IMG/VR virus record: IMGVR_UViG_3300017780_006886
Coordinates: 1 to 53,931 of that record
DNA: 53,931 nucleotides
Reading direction: 5' to 3' (one strand)
From: a virus
Taxonomy: Duplodnaviria > Caudoviricetes
Positions 31,978 through 41,112 of this stretch are shown here, piece by piece. Under the pieces are notes generated by a model. The model was not told the origin of the DNA. It saw only the letters and a program-made list of their open reading frames with translations, and made no database searches. A program made the position numbers and the translations under genes. Positions within the stretch are counted from its first letter, which is position 1. Each line of letters begins with the position of its first letter.

Positions 31978-34176
31978 ATGAGTTATAACATAATTAAAAC
32001 GGACGGAACACCATTAGCTGTTGTGGCAGATGGTCAAACCAAGCAGGATGCAACAAGTTTGGTCTTGATTGGCAAAAACTACGCAGGTTATGGCACGTTC
32101 CTTAACGAAAACTTTATCAAGCTGCTTGAGAATTTTTCATCTGCAACAGAACCACTGTACCCATTGGTTGGGCAATTATGGTGGAAAAAAGATACTCGTC
32201 TACTAAAAGTATACGATCAATTTGGAACCTGGAAAACCATCAGTGGAGCGCAAAGTCAAAGCGATACACCAACCAATTCTATTGCAGGTGATCTGTGGTT
32301 TGACACAGTCAATCAGCAGTTAAAAACCTATTCAGGCGCCAGTTGGATTGTTATTGGTCCTAGCTTTACTGCTACCACAGGAACCTCGGGCGCTATCGCT
32401 GACACTGTGATTGCAAGTGACCTGTTGCCACACGTGGTAGTTAAATTCTTTGTACAAAATCAGCTGATCGCAATCCTAAGCAAAGATGACACATTTACTC
32501 CAGGAACAACTATCCCTGGATTTAGCACAATCAGGCCTGGCTTCAATCTTGCACGAGATCGTGTTCCATCACTGGTATACTATGATAATGCCAACAATGC
32601 TTCTTATCTTGGCGGCGTATTAGCCAATAGATATGTGCTAAAAACAGCACCTACGCTTGAAGCTAAATTAGTAATCCAAAACGTTGACGGATTAGAAATA
32701 CAAGAAACTGGTGGCACAGTCAGCTACTTTGAAATGAATCAAAGTGGTAGTAACATTAACTTCATTGGTAAACAGCGTGGTCAAGGTTTTGTCTTCAAGA
32801 TGATTCCAGACTCTGGTGGTTTACAGATCAATGCACTAACCATTGACCGTGTTACTGGTCTAGTATCAGTTTCTGCACCTACTCCAGACGCTGGATCTGC
32901 ACTGTTGATAGCCACCAAAGGTTATGTTGATGCTGCTGACGTTGTGCTAAGTGGTTCTATCACATCAGCTGTTAACGCACTTAACAGCACAATTGACACA
33001 TTAGCTACTAATACCACTGTTGCATATGGTAACATTCGTGTTATACAAAGCACACTAGGCATAGGTGGCCCACCTGGAGCAAATACAACACCCTGGACTC
33101 AGCTCACTGTAGGGTCTGGTCAGACCGTTGCTGCCAATATTATATCACTATGGAGCAACGTTGCGTCTATACATGCAAACGTATTAAGCAACACCGGTAC
33201 TGCGCCAGCAAGCACCGCCAGCATGTATTCCAATGTACGATTACTACAAAACGGATTATCCAATCTTAACACCACGGCAATGTTGCGAAACGGTGATTCG
33301 ACCTGGCTTGGTGTTCAGCGGCCTGATGCAACCAATACCTATGACATTGGAACTTCAGGTCTACGTTTTAGAACAATTTATTGTACTGCACTTGATGCGA
33401 GTGGATCTGGTGCGCTAACTATTCCAGTTGGTACTACTGGAAACAGACCAGATCCAGGCGCGACTGGTATGATACGCTACAATACTTCTCTTAGTAGTTT
33501 TGAAGGCTATGCAGCAGCATCATGGCAAAGTCTAGGTGGAGTTAAATCAGTTGATGGATTGACCTATATCATTGCTGAAACCACAGCTGGTGCAAGCAAC
33601 GGCGAATTAGATTTTTATGTTGAACAGACCGGCGGAACCACCAGTGCCAAAGCAGCTGGAGTAAACAAAGATAGATTCCTAATGAGTGTTCCGGTGCAAG
33701 CAACCACACTAACAACCGGAGCAGCTGGCACTGGAGGTACTATTACTGGGACCTGGACCTTGAGTGCTGGGTCAAAGATGCAAGCTACATATTCTGACTT
33801 GGCAGAAAGATTTGCAGCCGACGCAAACTACACCGAAGGTACAGTTGTTGCACTGGGTGGAACAGCTGAAATAACACAGGAAACTGTGGATCTCAGCGAA
33901 AATGTGTTTGGCATCGTGAGTCACAAATATGCATACCTAATGAATGAGGCAGCAGGCGATCATACCACTCATCCTCCTATAGCATTGGTAGGACGAGTAC
34001 CTGTCAGGGTCATTGGTACCGTAACCAAAGGTCAGCGCCTAGTAAGTGCCGGTAATGGATGTGCTCGTGTAGCAGTTGATGGAGAGCTGTCTCCATTTAA
34101 TGTGATTGGCCGTTCGTTAGAAGATAAAACTGATCCAGCCGAGGCATTAATCTTGTGCGTGGTTAAGATCAACTAA
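31978..34176 (+). CDS. Tail fibre/virion protein with a C-terminal intramolecular-chaperone-like domain
   Basis: N-terminus is paralogous to the preceding fibre (LIGKNYAGYG..LNENF..LLENF). Contains GMIRYNT..FEGY. C-terminal YSDLAERF..YTEGTVV..GRVPVRV resembles peptidase G2/IMC-type domains. Confidence 0.75.
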   Translation: MSYNIIKTDGTPLAVVADGQTKQDATSLVLIGKNYAGYGTFLNENFIKLLENFSSATEPLYPLVGQLWWKKDTRLLKVYDQFGTWKTISGAQSQSDTPTNSIAGDLWFDTVNQQLKTYSGASWIVIGPSFTATTGTSGAIADTVIASDLLPHVVVKFFVQNQLIAILSKDDTFTPGTTIPGFSTIRPGFNLARDRVPSLVYYDNANNASYLGGVLANRYVLKTAPTLEAKLVIQNVDGLEIQETGGTVSYFEMNQSGSNINFIGKQRGQGFVFKMIPDSGGLQINALTIDRVTGLVSVSAPTPDAGSALLIATKGYVDAADVVLSGSITSAVNALNSTIDTLATNTTVAYGNIRVIQSTLGIGGPPGANTTPWTQLTVGSGQTVAANIISLWSNVASIHANVLSNTGTAPASTASMYSNVRLLQNGLSNLNTTAMLRNGDSTWLGVQRPDATNTYDIGTSGLRFRTIYCTALDASGSGALTIPVGTTGNRPDPGATGMIRYNTSLSSFEGYAAASWQSLGGVKSVDGLTYIIAETTAGASNGELDFYVEQTGGTTSAKAAGVNKDRFLMSVPVQATTLTTGAAGTGGTITGTWTLSAGSKMQATYSDLAERFAADANYTEGTVVALGGTAEITQETVDLSENVFGIVSHKYAYLMNEAAGDHTTHPPIALVGRVPVRVIGTVTKGQRLVSAGNGCARVAVDGELSPFNVIGRSLEDKTDPAEALILCVVKIN

Positions 34177-34552
34177 TAGTTGACAATATTGCTGAGGCAA
34201 TCAGCAATCCTTTATCGTGGCTTATGCTAATATGACAATGTTTATTGTTAGCATAAGCCACTAATTCATTTGCAAACGTAATAATTGGTTGTCCTAGTCC
34301 CGTCTTACTCAATATCATATTTTTCCAGACCACAGCGTCACGAATTCCGGTGCCAAAACTTTTTGCCACTGCTTCTTTGACCGCCCATGCAGTGGACACA
34401 AATCTTACTTTGTTATGTAAATCGCTAACGGTGGTGTACTCTGCATGTTCTTCAATTGACAGTATACGAGCCGCTACACTATCAAGTCGCTGGCTGTCCA
34501 TATTGTAAAATCTATCAACGTCAACAATATCAATTCCGTGTCCTGTTATCAT
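34169..34552 (-). CDS. acpS: Holo-[acyl-carrier-protein] synthase (4'-phosphopantetheinyl transferase, AcpS type)
   Basis: MITGHGIDIV, WAVKEAVAKSFGTGI, GQP and HISISHD are AcpS signature motifs; 127 aa from the ATG at 34552. Confidence 0.93.
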   Translation of the reverse strand: MITGHGIDIVDVDRFYNMDSQRLDSVAARILSIEEHAEYTTVSDLHNKVRFVSTAWAVKEAVAKSFGTGIRDAVVWKNMILSKTGLGQPIITFANELVAYANNKHCHISISHDKGLLIASAILSTIS

Positions 34553-34556
34553 GACT

Positions 34557-34760
34557 CTATAATTCTTTTGTACTGGTGATATCAAAATTACAGTGACACA
34601 TTGTTTTGTTGCAGATTATTGGTTCTTTTGGGATTTCAAAATCTTCAAATATATTTCCAATCTTGCCACCTACATTACACCACCCTCTGAAAACATCGCC
34701 GGAAAAATATACTGCGATTTGTTCTACTCCTGCATGGCATTTCCACCCACTCCAGTCATA
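34557..34760 (-). pseudogene. Start-less C-terminal SPASM/Twitch fragment of a radical SAM protein
   Basis: Manual translation gives YDWSGWKCHAGVEQIAVYFSGDVFRGWCNVGGKIGNIFEDFEIPKEPIICNKTMCHCNFDITSTKEL*. The pattern C..G...GDV..C...GNI...CxxxxCxC is present. An in-frame TAA lies immediately upstream and there is no suitable start codon. Confidence 0.7.
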
Positions 34761-34830
34761 TTACTTAGTGTATTATTTTTTATATACATTATTTGATTTG
34801 AACTAATTATTGGACAGCTACATAGATAGC

Positions 34831-34838
34831 TATAAATA
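34831..34838 (+). promoter_or_regulatory. T4-like late promoter TATAAATA upstream of the ACP gene
   Basis: Exact match to the T4 late consensus, followed by the RBS AGGAG and the ATG at 34856. Confidence 0.7.
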
Positions 34839-34855
34839 TTCCAGGAGACTCAATC

Positions 34856-35119
34856 ATGCAAACTATCGAAGAAAAATTTATGGAATTGGTTAGCACCGAA
34901 TTCAATAGAAAAAAAATGCCAGACATCACGCTAGACGCCGCTTTTCGGAAAGACCTAGGATTAGACAGTTTAAGTTTAACTGAGTTAATTATTGCCTGCG
35001 AAGAAACATTTGGGGTTGAGATAGATGTTGACCATCCAGCCACTATAGAAGCTAAGACACTTCGTCCTTTGTATGATGCAGTAGTACAGCTTGTTAATCA
35101 GACCGAAGCAGCCAAATAA
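34856..35119 (+). CDS. acpP: Acyl carrier protein
   Basis: 87 aa and acidic, with DLGLDSLSLTELIIACEETFGVEI; Ser38 is the predicted phosphopantetheine site. Divergent from acpS. Confidence 0.92.
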   Translation: MQTIEEKFMELVSTEFNRKKMPDITLDAAFRKDLGLDSLSLTELIIACEETFGVEIDVDHPATIEAKTLRPLYDAVVQLVNQTEAAK

Positions 35120-35876
35120 CCCAACTGGTAGGGTCTAGTTCCCACCAGCGTCTCCCACCAAAGTTGCTGTTACTTGCAACACCATGATGATTGTTATGCC
35201 ATGCTTCTCCCAGTATCAATGGCCACAACCAAATAACATTGATACTGTCGTCTTTGGTTTCATAGTTCCTATACCCTGCCTTGGTCCAATGATTGACACT
35301 GGTATTGATCGCATAACTGTGAAACGCAATGAATGCTGGAAACATCAATCCCCATACCCATACCACAGGACTTAGTGTAAACACAATAGCATGAGTGATC
35401 CAGAATATCGGAAGATAGTACTTGTGTGCAAACACCACATCGAGGTCACGCATAAGATCAACAATGTACTTTGGGCTCAGGCTGTCCTGTTTCATCTTAA
35501 ACATCCAGCCAACATAGCTGTGCCAAAAGCCATGATGTGGGCTATGAGGATCGCGATCGGTATCTGCAAGCCTGTGATGGTAGCCACGATGTATCAGCAC
35601 CCAGTAGATAGGACTTCCTTGGCCACTCATTATCGCACACCAGATCATAAAACACTTGCGCAGTCTTCCTGTTTTAAAACTACGATGGCTTAATAGTCTA
35701 TGATAACATGCACTAAGTCCTACCATCATCAACAGGATGTATCCTATGATAGAATATATCCACCAGTGGTCCGGAGCAGTTGTAAACACAGCATAAATGC
35801 CAGCCAGCTGTATAGGTAACCAGCCTCCCCACATAGGCGCCCAAAATTTTACACGTTCGATTATTTGCGTGACCAT
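35094..35876 (-). CDS. Membrane fatty-acid desaturase (delta-9/DesC-like), copy 1
   Basis: Three His boxes (HRLLSH, HRGYHH, HNNHH), DPHSP, WWELD and hydrophobic segments. Probable start is the ATG at 35876. Confidence 0.9.
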   Translation of the reverse strand: MVTQIIERVKFWAPMWGGWLPIQLAGIYAVFTTAPDHWWIYSIIGYILLMMVGLSACYHRLLSHRSFKTGRLRKCFMIWCAIMSGQGSPIYWVLIHRGYHHRLADTDRDPHSPHHGFWHSYVGWMFKMKQDSLSPKYIVDLMRDLDVVFAHKYYLPIFWITHAIVFTLSPVVWVWGLMFPAFIAFHSYAINTSVNHWTKAGYRNYETKDDSINVIWLWPLILGEAWHNNHHGVASNSNFGGRRWWELDPTSWVIWLLRSD

Positions 35877-36406
35877 TGTTCTAGTAGTTCCTCGTTGCCT
35901 TGATATATTATACGCTGCCAACAACTGTCATCTGTTGGATTGTTGCATACCAGATACTTATGCCCATCGAATTTAAAGTCGTGGATCTCGTTTTTTTCAA
36001 GCTGTTCTACAGTCCACTTTTGCCAAAATTTTGCTTCTCTGCTGATAAATAGCAAATCACATCTTTCATTTTCGTGTAGCCAGTTGATCTGTGATCGCAA
36101 TAGCTCAACCCCTACCAGATTGTAATCTTTAATTGGACTGGCAATATGGTTAACTGACCAAAATCTATTAACCACTCTGTATGTATGATCGGGCCAGCAA
36201 TCTCGTTTCAATATGCTTCCACAAAAATAAGGCATCCAATTTTCATCAAATGCAATAGTGAGTGCAGCACATTCATTGATAAAATGATCTTTATTGTAAT
36301 TTTTTGACAGCGGGTGTTCATGATCTCTATACTGACGTTCCCTCAGATGATCAAACAACGGATCAAATAGTGTATCGGTTCCGGTCCGCCAGGTTATTGC
36401 ATGCAT
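35861..36406 (-). CDS. Hypothetical protein (possibly GNAT-like fold)
   Basis: 181-aa ORF coupled to desaturase 1. The fold guess rests only on size and the alpha/beta pattern. Confidence 0.5.
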   Translation of the reverse strand: MHAITWRTGTDTLFDPLFDHLRERQYRDHEHPLSKNYNKDHFINECAALTIAFDENWMPYFCGSILKRDCWPDHTYRVVNRFWSVNHIASPIKDYNLVGVELLRSQINWLHENERCDLLFISREAKFWQKWTVEQLEKNEIHDFKFDGHKYLVCNNPTDDSCWQRIIYQGNEELLEQWSRK

Positions 36407-36418
36407 GATTTTAATACC

Positions 36419-37327
36419 TTAATAATATATGCGATCAATTGGATCAAGTTGGACTTGGCCGTAATTAATGCCATTATTAGCTTCTACTAATCTTTTTTCT
36501 AGTTCTAGTATTTGAGGTAAAATATTTTCCATACCCCAGCTTTTACGTCTAACAATCAGCTCAGGGTAGATTTCTCTGTAGCCATGTATCTTGGATGATT
36601 CTTTACCTAGTTTACCGTAGATCTTATTAGCCAATAGATCATTCCACCACACAGTCTTTGTGATAGATTTCAACAACCTATGATTCCAGCGAAAGAAGTC
36701 TGTAACAGCTGGTCTATTTTGTTTTAACAAATACTTTGCACAACCGTAGTCTGCTTCAATCTCAACATTGCACCACATGTGAGGACGTCCGTCATATGGG
36801 TAAGGTCTACGCATGATACATGCATCTCCGTTACCAGCAATCGGAAGTCCGTCAATTTTGTCAACTACTGCACAGACCACAAGCTGTGACGGATAGGTCA
36901 TTTCTGCATTCTTGCTGTAGTCAAATATTTCACTTTCAAAGAACTTAACGTGATCAAAGTCAATGATCTTATAAGGGATGCCTAGGTTTTCACACAGGAT
37001 CACAGCATGGCTAACATCGTATATATTTAAATCATTTGCCAGGCGAGTTATGTAGATATCATAAGGAACCTTGGCTTCTACAAATGCACGTACCATGAGT
37101 TCGCTTTCAGACCCACCACTCAGCATCAGACTAAATTTTTCATTGGGATAGGTATCACGCACACTGTGACACGCTCTGATCAGTTCTGTTCTTAGATCGT
37201 CTGGGGGTGTGGGGTCAAGATCAAAATCAACATTGAAAATTTGGTCTGCAGATGTTCGGTATATTTGAGTAGGATCGTCATCATAGTACCAGCGTTGCCA
37301 ATTGTTTTCAAGATATTGATACATCAT
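36419..37327 (-). CDS. PP-loop/adenine-nucleotide alpha-hydrolase-like protein
   Basis: LMLSGGSESELM is a variant of SGGxDS; also CENLGIPYKIID and IAGNGD. Confidence 0.6.
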   Translation of the reverse strand: MMYQYLENNWQRWYYDDDPTQIYRTSADQIFNVDFDLDPTPPDDLRTELIRACHSVRDTYPNEKFSLMLSGGSESELMVRAFVEAKVPYDIYITRLANDLNIYDVSHAVILCENLGIPYKIIDFDHVKFFESEIFDYSKNAEMTYPSQLVVCAVVDKIDGLPIAGNGDACIMRRPYPYDGRPHMWCNVEIEADYGCAKYLLKQNRPAVTDFFRWNHRLLKSITKTVWWNDLLANKIYGKLGKESSKIHGYREIYPELIVRRKSWGMENILPQILELEKRLVEANNGINYGQVQLDPIDRIYY

Positions 37328-38166
37328 GCTTTTTTTATTTTGTTGTTCTTGACCCAGTTACCAAAGTGTATGCAATGATCCTCGTATTGATTCATGGCTT
37401 TCATCAATGGAAAGTAATCGCCTTTTTGTAACTCAGCTGTGGCTACATCTTCTTTGAACACTGCATCCAGTGTTTCAAAAATCATTCGTTCGTTGGGGCC
37501 TACAGATGGGTCATAGTAAAACTGCGTGATCCATTTAAATCCGTATTCGGTATTGATGTCGTCTGGTATAACAGTGTTGACCATGACACAACCTGGGCTT
37601 CCATATTCTACAAATGTAAAGGGAAATATATAAAGCCACCAGCCGTGTGGGTGTTGTTGTAATATCCACCCATCACCTTGATCTGTAACAATATCTTTTA
37701 AATCAACTTGAGAGGATAAGAACGGATGTATTCCGCCTTTGTACACATGCAGTAAATCGGCTTCTGCGTCCATGAGCCATAGCCAGCTGCCTTTGCTTTC
37801 GCCTTGCACAGAATGACTATATTCTAATGCTGTTTCTTTTGCTAGATCTTTAACCCACATGTGGTCTGGTTCTTCAAAATTTTTAAAAACAAGTCCGCTT
37901 TTACCAATCTTGGCTTCACCGCAGGATAGTTTTTTAGTATTGTTAATTGGTACACCATGTTGATCCCACTGAAATCCATGAAATTTGCAAGTTATCTCTT
38001 TGACAAATTCGCCCGTTGAGTGTAGCGGATACATTCTATGAGGGCAAAATCTATGAAATAGATTGGCTTCGTTGTTGTTGACATTTAGAATATATTCGGG
38101 CAATACAAAGTTTCCATTTTTTGAAGCTGCCACATGAGCAAATATTTTTGGAGAGTTTATGAACAC
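37324..38166 (-). CDS. Rieske [2Fe-2S] non-heme iron oxygenase, alpha-subunit-like
   Basis: CPHR...CKFHG are Rieske ligands; EADLLH....IH and a distal ED form the mononuclear-iron motif. GTG start with RBS AAAGGA. Confidence 0.85.
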   Translation of the reverse strand: MFINSPKIFAHVAASKNGNFVLPEYILNVNNNEANLFHRFCPHRMYPLHSTGEFVKEITCKFHGFQWDQHGVPINNTKKLSCGEAKIGKSGLVFKNFEEPDHMWVKDLAKETALEYSHSVQGESKGSWLWLMDAEADLLHVYKGGIHPFLSSQVDLKDIVTDQGDGWILQQHPHGWWLYIFPFTFVEYGSPGCVMVNTVIPDDINTEYGFKWITQFYYDPSVGPNERMIFETLDAVFKEDVATAELQKGDYFPLMKAMNQYEDHCIHFGNWVKNNKIKKA

Positions 38167-38187
38167 GCTGTATCCTTTCGAGGAAAA

Positions 38188-38231
38188 TATTTAGCAGTAA
38201 CAACAAGCTCGCCGAAGATTTATGCTAAATA
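38188..38231. promoter_or_regulatory. Back-to-back late-promoter motifs GCTAAATA (minus 38188-38195; plus 38224-38231)
   Basis: Identical octamers on opposite strands within a 90-bp divergent intergenic gap. Confidence 0.6.
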
Positions 38232-38255
38232 CCTAGTCACTAATGGAGATACTAG

Positions 38256-38738
38256 ATGTCGAACTACCTACATATAATATGGTTAGAAAACTACACAATG
38301 CCGGATGTGTGTAATGCTACAGTTGAATCAAATCGTCAACTGCTCAAAGAAACAGAAATCTACAAAACAGCAGACGATGGCGTCAAATCTCTAGTTGACG
38401 AATATCTTGTGCATGATGCGATCAAAGGCGCATATTTTTATAGAGAAGGCAAAGTATACAAGTACGAAAGTCCGGACGGAAAGCAATTACTTTGCCAGAC
38501 TATATTTCCTCCTCCAGTATGGAACAACGAACGCAATGATCCAACACTAGACTCAGAGTACCATGAATTTTTGCGAGCCGCTGTATATTGCGACTTGTTT
38601 GGGGTTGTTGAATATGGGATATCTGACCTTGTGCCCGAAGAAGAATCAGAACCGCAAGCGTTTGGGTCATTCGAAACAGGATATGCAGAGCTACTTAGAA
38701 TAATTAAAAAATGGAACGCACCACCGTTACCTTTTTAA
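38256..38738 (+). CDS. Hypothetical acidic protein
   Basis: 160-aa ORF with RBS GGAG and an upstream TAAATA; no recognisable motif. Confidence 0.65.
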   Translation: MSNYLHIIWLENYTMPDVCNATVESNRQLLKETEIYKTADDGVKSLVDEYLVHDAIKGAYFYREGKVYKYESPDGKQLLCQTIFPPPVWNNERNDPTLDSEYHEFLRAAVYCDLFGVVEYGISDLVPEEESEPQAFGSFETGYAELLRIIKKWNAPPLPF

Positions 38739-40214
38739 TTTTTTGTTGACATAGTTTTTTGTTTTATCAATTGCGATTGAATCATCAGGAAGTGTATTAA
38801 CTCGATCCTCAATGGGCCCGTTAAAATTCAGTCCCGACAGCATCCAGTTGCAAGGTTTAAACTGTAATTCTTTGTGTGTTTTTTCGTACTCTTGATTAAC
38901 GAGATATGCATCAAACACAGTCATGTTTTCATTCTTCCAACGTAGTACTTCGGATCCTCGGGTATATTTTTCCCATTCATAATATCCTTTAACCACTGCT
39001 GGGTCATACCGTTCAGTATCAGACTGAGTTATCTCTTCATATTTAAATTTTGAATATTCAGTGCTCAGTTTTGATTTGATATCAAGTTCGCCTGTTGGGA
39101 TACCAAGTACATAATGATAAAACGCTTGATCTTGCCAGTTGTCAACTAACCACTGGCGTGTGTGTTCTAGTGTTTGAACTGTTTCATGCGGCAACCCCAG
39201 GATTAAACTGATAGTGGCTCTAAACACTTTTCTGTTTGTAGTTAGATAATATTTTTTAAGATCCAAAATTCCTTGTTTAAGTTTTTCTGGATCCATGCCT
39301 TTGCCTACGGATTTTCCGCTTTGGTGGTTGAATGTTTCAAGTCCATAGTACTGTCCAAGAAAGTTCATTCTTAGCAATTCTTCTTTTTCCTGCGGCCTGG
39401 CTACCAGTAGGTCAGCACGTATAAAGCCACTGAACGTGGGAACAAAATCCAGTTCCTCTACTGCATTAGCATACTTGGTGATTTTTTCTGTTGAGTCGTT
39501 AAAAGTTTCGTCGGACACCGTATAGTTTTTTACACCAAATCTATCATACGCATCTCTAGTCTGATATAAAAAACTATCACTACTCCTGGTGTGGTCGGCC
39601 TTTACTCCTATAATAGGAAAATCGCAAAAAGTACAAGAAAATTTACATCCCCTAGAAAACTCAATTCCCAACCATTCGTCTTCCAATATGTAATCTCTAT
39701 CTTCGTATATGATAGATAAATCTGCCATTGGGTATGCTGGATAGAATGTATTTGCTGGTATTATCTTGTCACGCCCTATTAGAAATTTAGGACGTGGTCC
39801 GTTACTATACAAATACTGCAACAGAGTAATAATACCGTTTTCCCCGAACCCTTGCACATGATAGTCTATTAGATTAGAATCACTGCGATAGTTTGTAAGT
39901 GAGCTTGGTTTTAGATTCGAAGCTGACCCACTGATGATTTGTATATGTGGATATTGTTCTTTAATCCAGGTGCAAATTGATTGCAATTGGGAACTCCATC
40001 CAAGAAAAAGAAAACTCAACCCAATAAATTTTGTATCTGGAGTGATACGCGATTTAAAAAATTCTTGTAGGTCAGAGTGTTCCCAAAAATAAAAATAATC
40101 AAGTACTTCAACATCCCAGTTGTTTTGTCTAAGTATATGCGCAATTCTATATGCTCCCGGCAATCTTCCTGCATACAGTGTAGTAGAAACGTTGATTATT
40201 ATGGAATGCGGCAT
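38727..40214 (-). CDS. Radical SAM protein with a B12-binding-like N-terminal domain, copy 1
   Basis: EFSRGCKFSCTFC (CxxxCxxC), DETFND, GLETFN and ILGLPHET; Rossmann-like N-terminal region. Likely start is the ATG at 40214. Confidence 0.85.
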   Translation of the reverse strand: MPHSIIINVSTTLYAGRLPGAYRIAHILRQNNWDVEVLDYFYFWEHSDLQEFFKSRITPDTKFIGLSFLFLGWSSQLQSICTWIKEQYPHIQIISGSASNLKPSSLTNYRSDSNLIDYHVQGFGENGIITLLQYLYSNGPRPKFLIGRDKIIPANTFYPAYPMADLSIIYEDRDYILEDEWLGIEFSRGCKFSCTFCDFPIIGVKADHTRSSDSFLYQTRDAYDRFGVKNYTVSDETFNDSTEKITKYANAVEELDFVPTFSGFIRADLLVARPQEKEELLRMNFLGQYYGLETFNHQSGKSVGKGMDPEKLKQGILDLKKYYLTTNRKVFRATISLILGLPHETVQTLEHTRQWLVDNWQDQAFYHYVLGIPTGELDIKSKLSTEYSKFKYEEITQSDTERYDPAVVKGYYEWEKYTRGSEVLRWKNENMTVFDAYLVNQEYEKTHKELQFKPCNWMLSGLNFNGPIEDRVNTLPDDSIAIDKTKNYVNKKLKR

Positions 40215-40224
40215 AGTGAGCAAT

Positions 40225-40259
40225 TATTTATAGGATGCATGTGGTTTGCCTTATAAATA
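40225..40259. promoter_or_regulatory. Back-to-back TATAAATA late promoters (minus 40225-40232; plus 40252-40259)
   Basis: Two perfect T4-late consensus octamers pointing divergently at radical SAM 1 and desaturase 2. Confidence 0.72.
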
Positions 40260-40284
40260 TGCATAACAGAGGATTTAATCTAAC

Positions 40285-41112
40285 ATGTTTAAAAATTTTA
40301 GCACCAAAAACATTAGCCTTTACTCTTGGTTTAGCTTTATTCCGTTTGTGGTTGCTGTTCCAGTGATAGTGTTTCTTTTTGCCGTGGGGATCATCCCAGC
40401 AGTGTACCTATGGGCAACAATGATAGGATGGATACTGATCAGCGGACTAGGAATAGCCACTGGTTACCACAGGATATTTTGTCATAAGACACATCCTAAC
40501 CTACCGAGATGGAAAGAAAACATTATTTTGTTTTGTGGTGCACTAGGTGGACAAGGGTCAAGTATTACTTGGACAGCAATACACCGCGGATATCATCACA
40601 GGTATGCAGATACTGAAAAAGACTTGCATTCTCCAATCCACGGCTTTTGGCATTCATTTTTTGGATGGACATTGGCTGTGACTGAAAAATCTCAAATTAT
40701 AAAACTAAATTCTGCTACTGATCTACTGCGTAAATCAAATCACATATGGTTTCACAATCGTCAACTCAGGATACAATGGCTGGTTCCAATCTTATTAGCT
40801 ATCGTGAATTGGCAGCTGGCATTAGCATTGGTTGTGCTACCAACTGGTATATCAATATTGCAAGACAATCTAGTAAACTACTTCGCACATCGTAAATCGT
40901 TGATTGGCTACCGCTACGGAGAAACAAAAGATCAAAGTTATAACAACCTGATACTGGGTCTGATCGGATGGGGCCAAGGATGGCATCATGGACATCACCT
41001 AAAACCTAATTCATTTAATCCTGGTTCAGCTGTGAGTGGGTACTGGTGGGAAATAGACACTTGTGTTATATTTCTTCCATTCATTGGGAAACCACGCCCG
41101 GAGGCGCAATGA
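40285..41112 (+). CDS. Membrane fatty-acid desaturase, copy 2
   Basis: His boxes HRIFCH, HRGYHH and HHGHH; DLHSP; WWEID; hydrophobic segments. Confidence 0.9.
   Translation: MFKNFSTKNISLYSWFSFIPFVVAVPVIVFLFAVGIIPAVYLWATMIGWILISGLGIATGYHRIFCHKTHPNLPRWKENIILFCGALGGQGSSITWTAIHRGYHHRYADTEKDLHSPIHGFWHSFFGWTLAVTEKSQIIKLNSATDLLRKSNHIWFHNRQLRIQWLVPILLAIVNWQLALALVVLPTGISILQDNLVNYFAHRKSLIGYRYGETKDQSYNNLILGLIGWGQGWHHGHHLKPNSFNPGSAVSGYWWEIDTCVIFLPFIGKPRPEAQ

Noticed and set aside
213-33418. Many short antisense or alternative-frame ORFs inside structural genes
   Set aside because: They are shadows of long coding frames, with no motifs or independent expression signals.
34593-34806. Two small plus-strand ORFs (67 and 66 aa)
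   Set aside because: They are antisense to the Cys-rich radical SAM remnant, which explains this sequence better.
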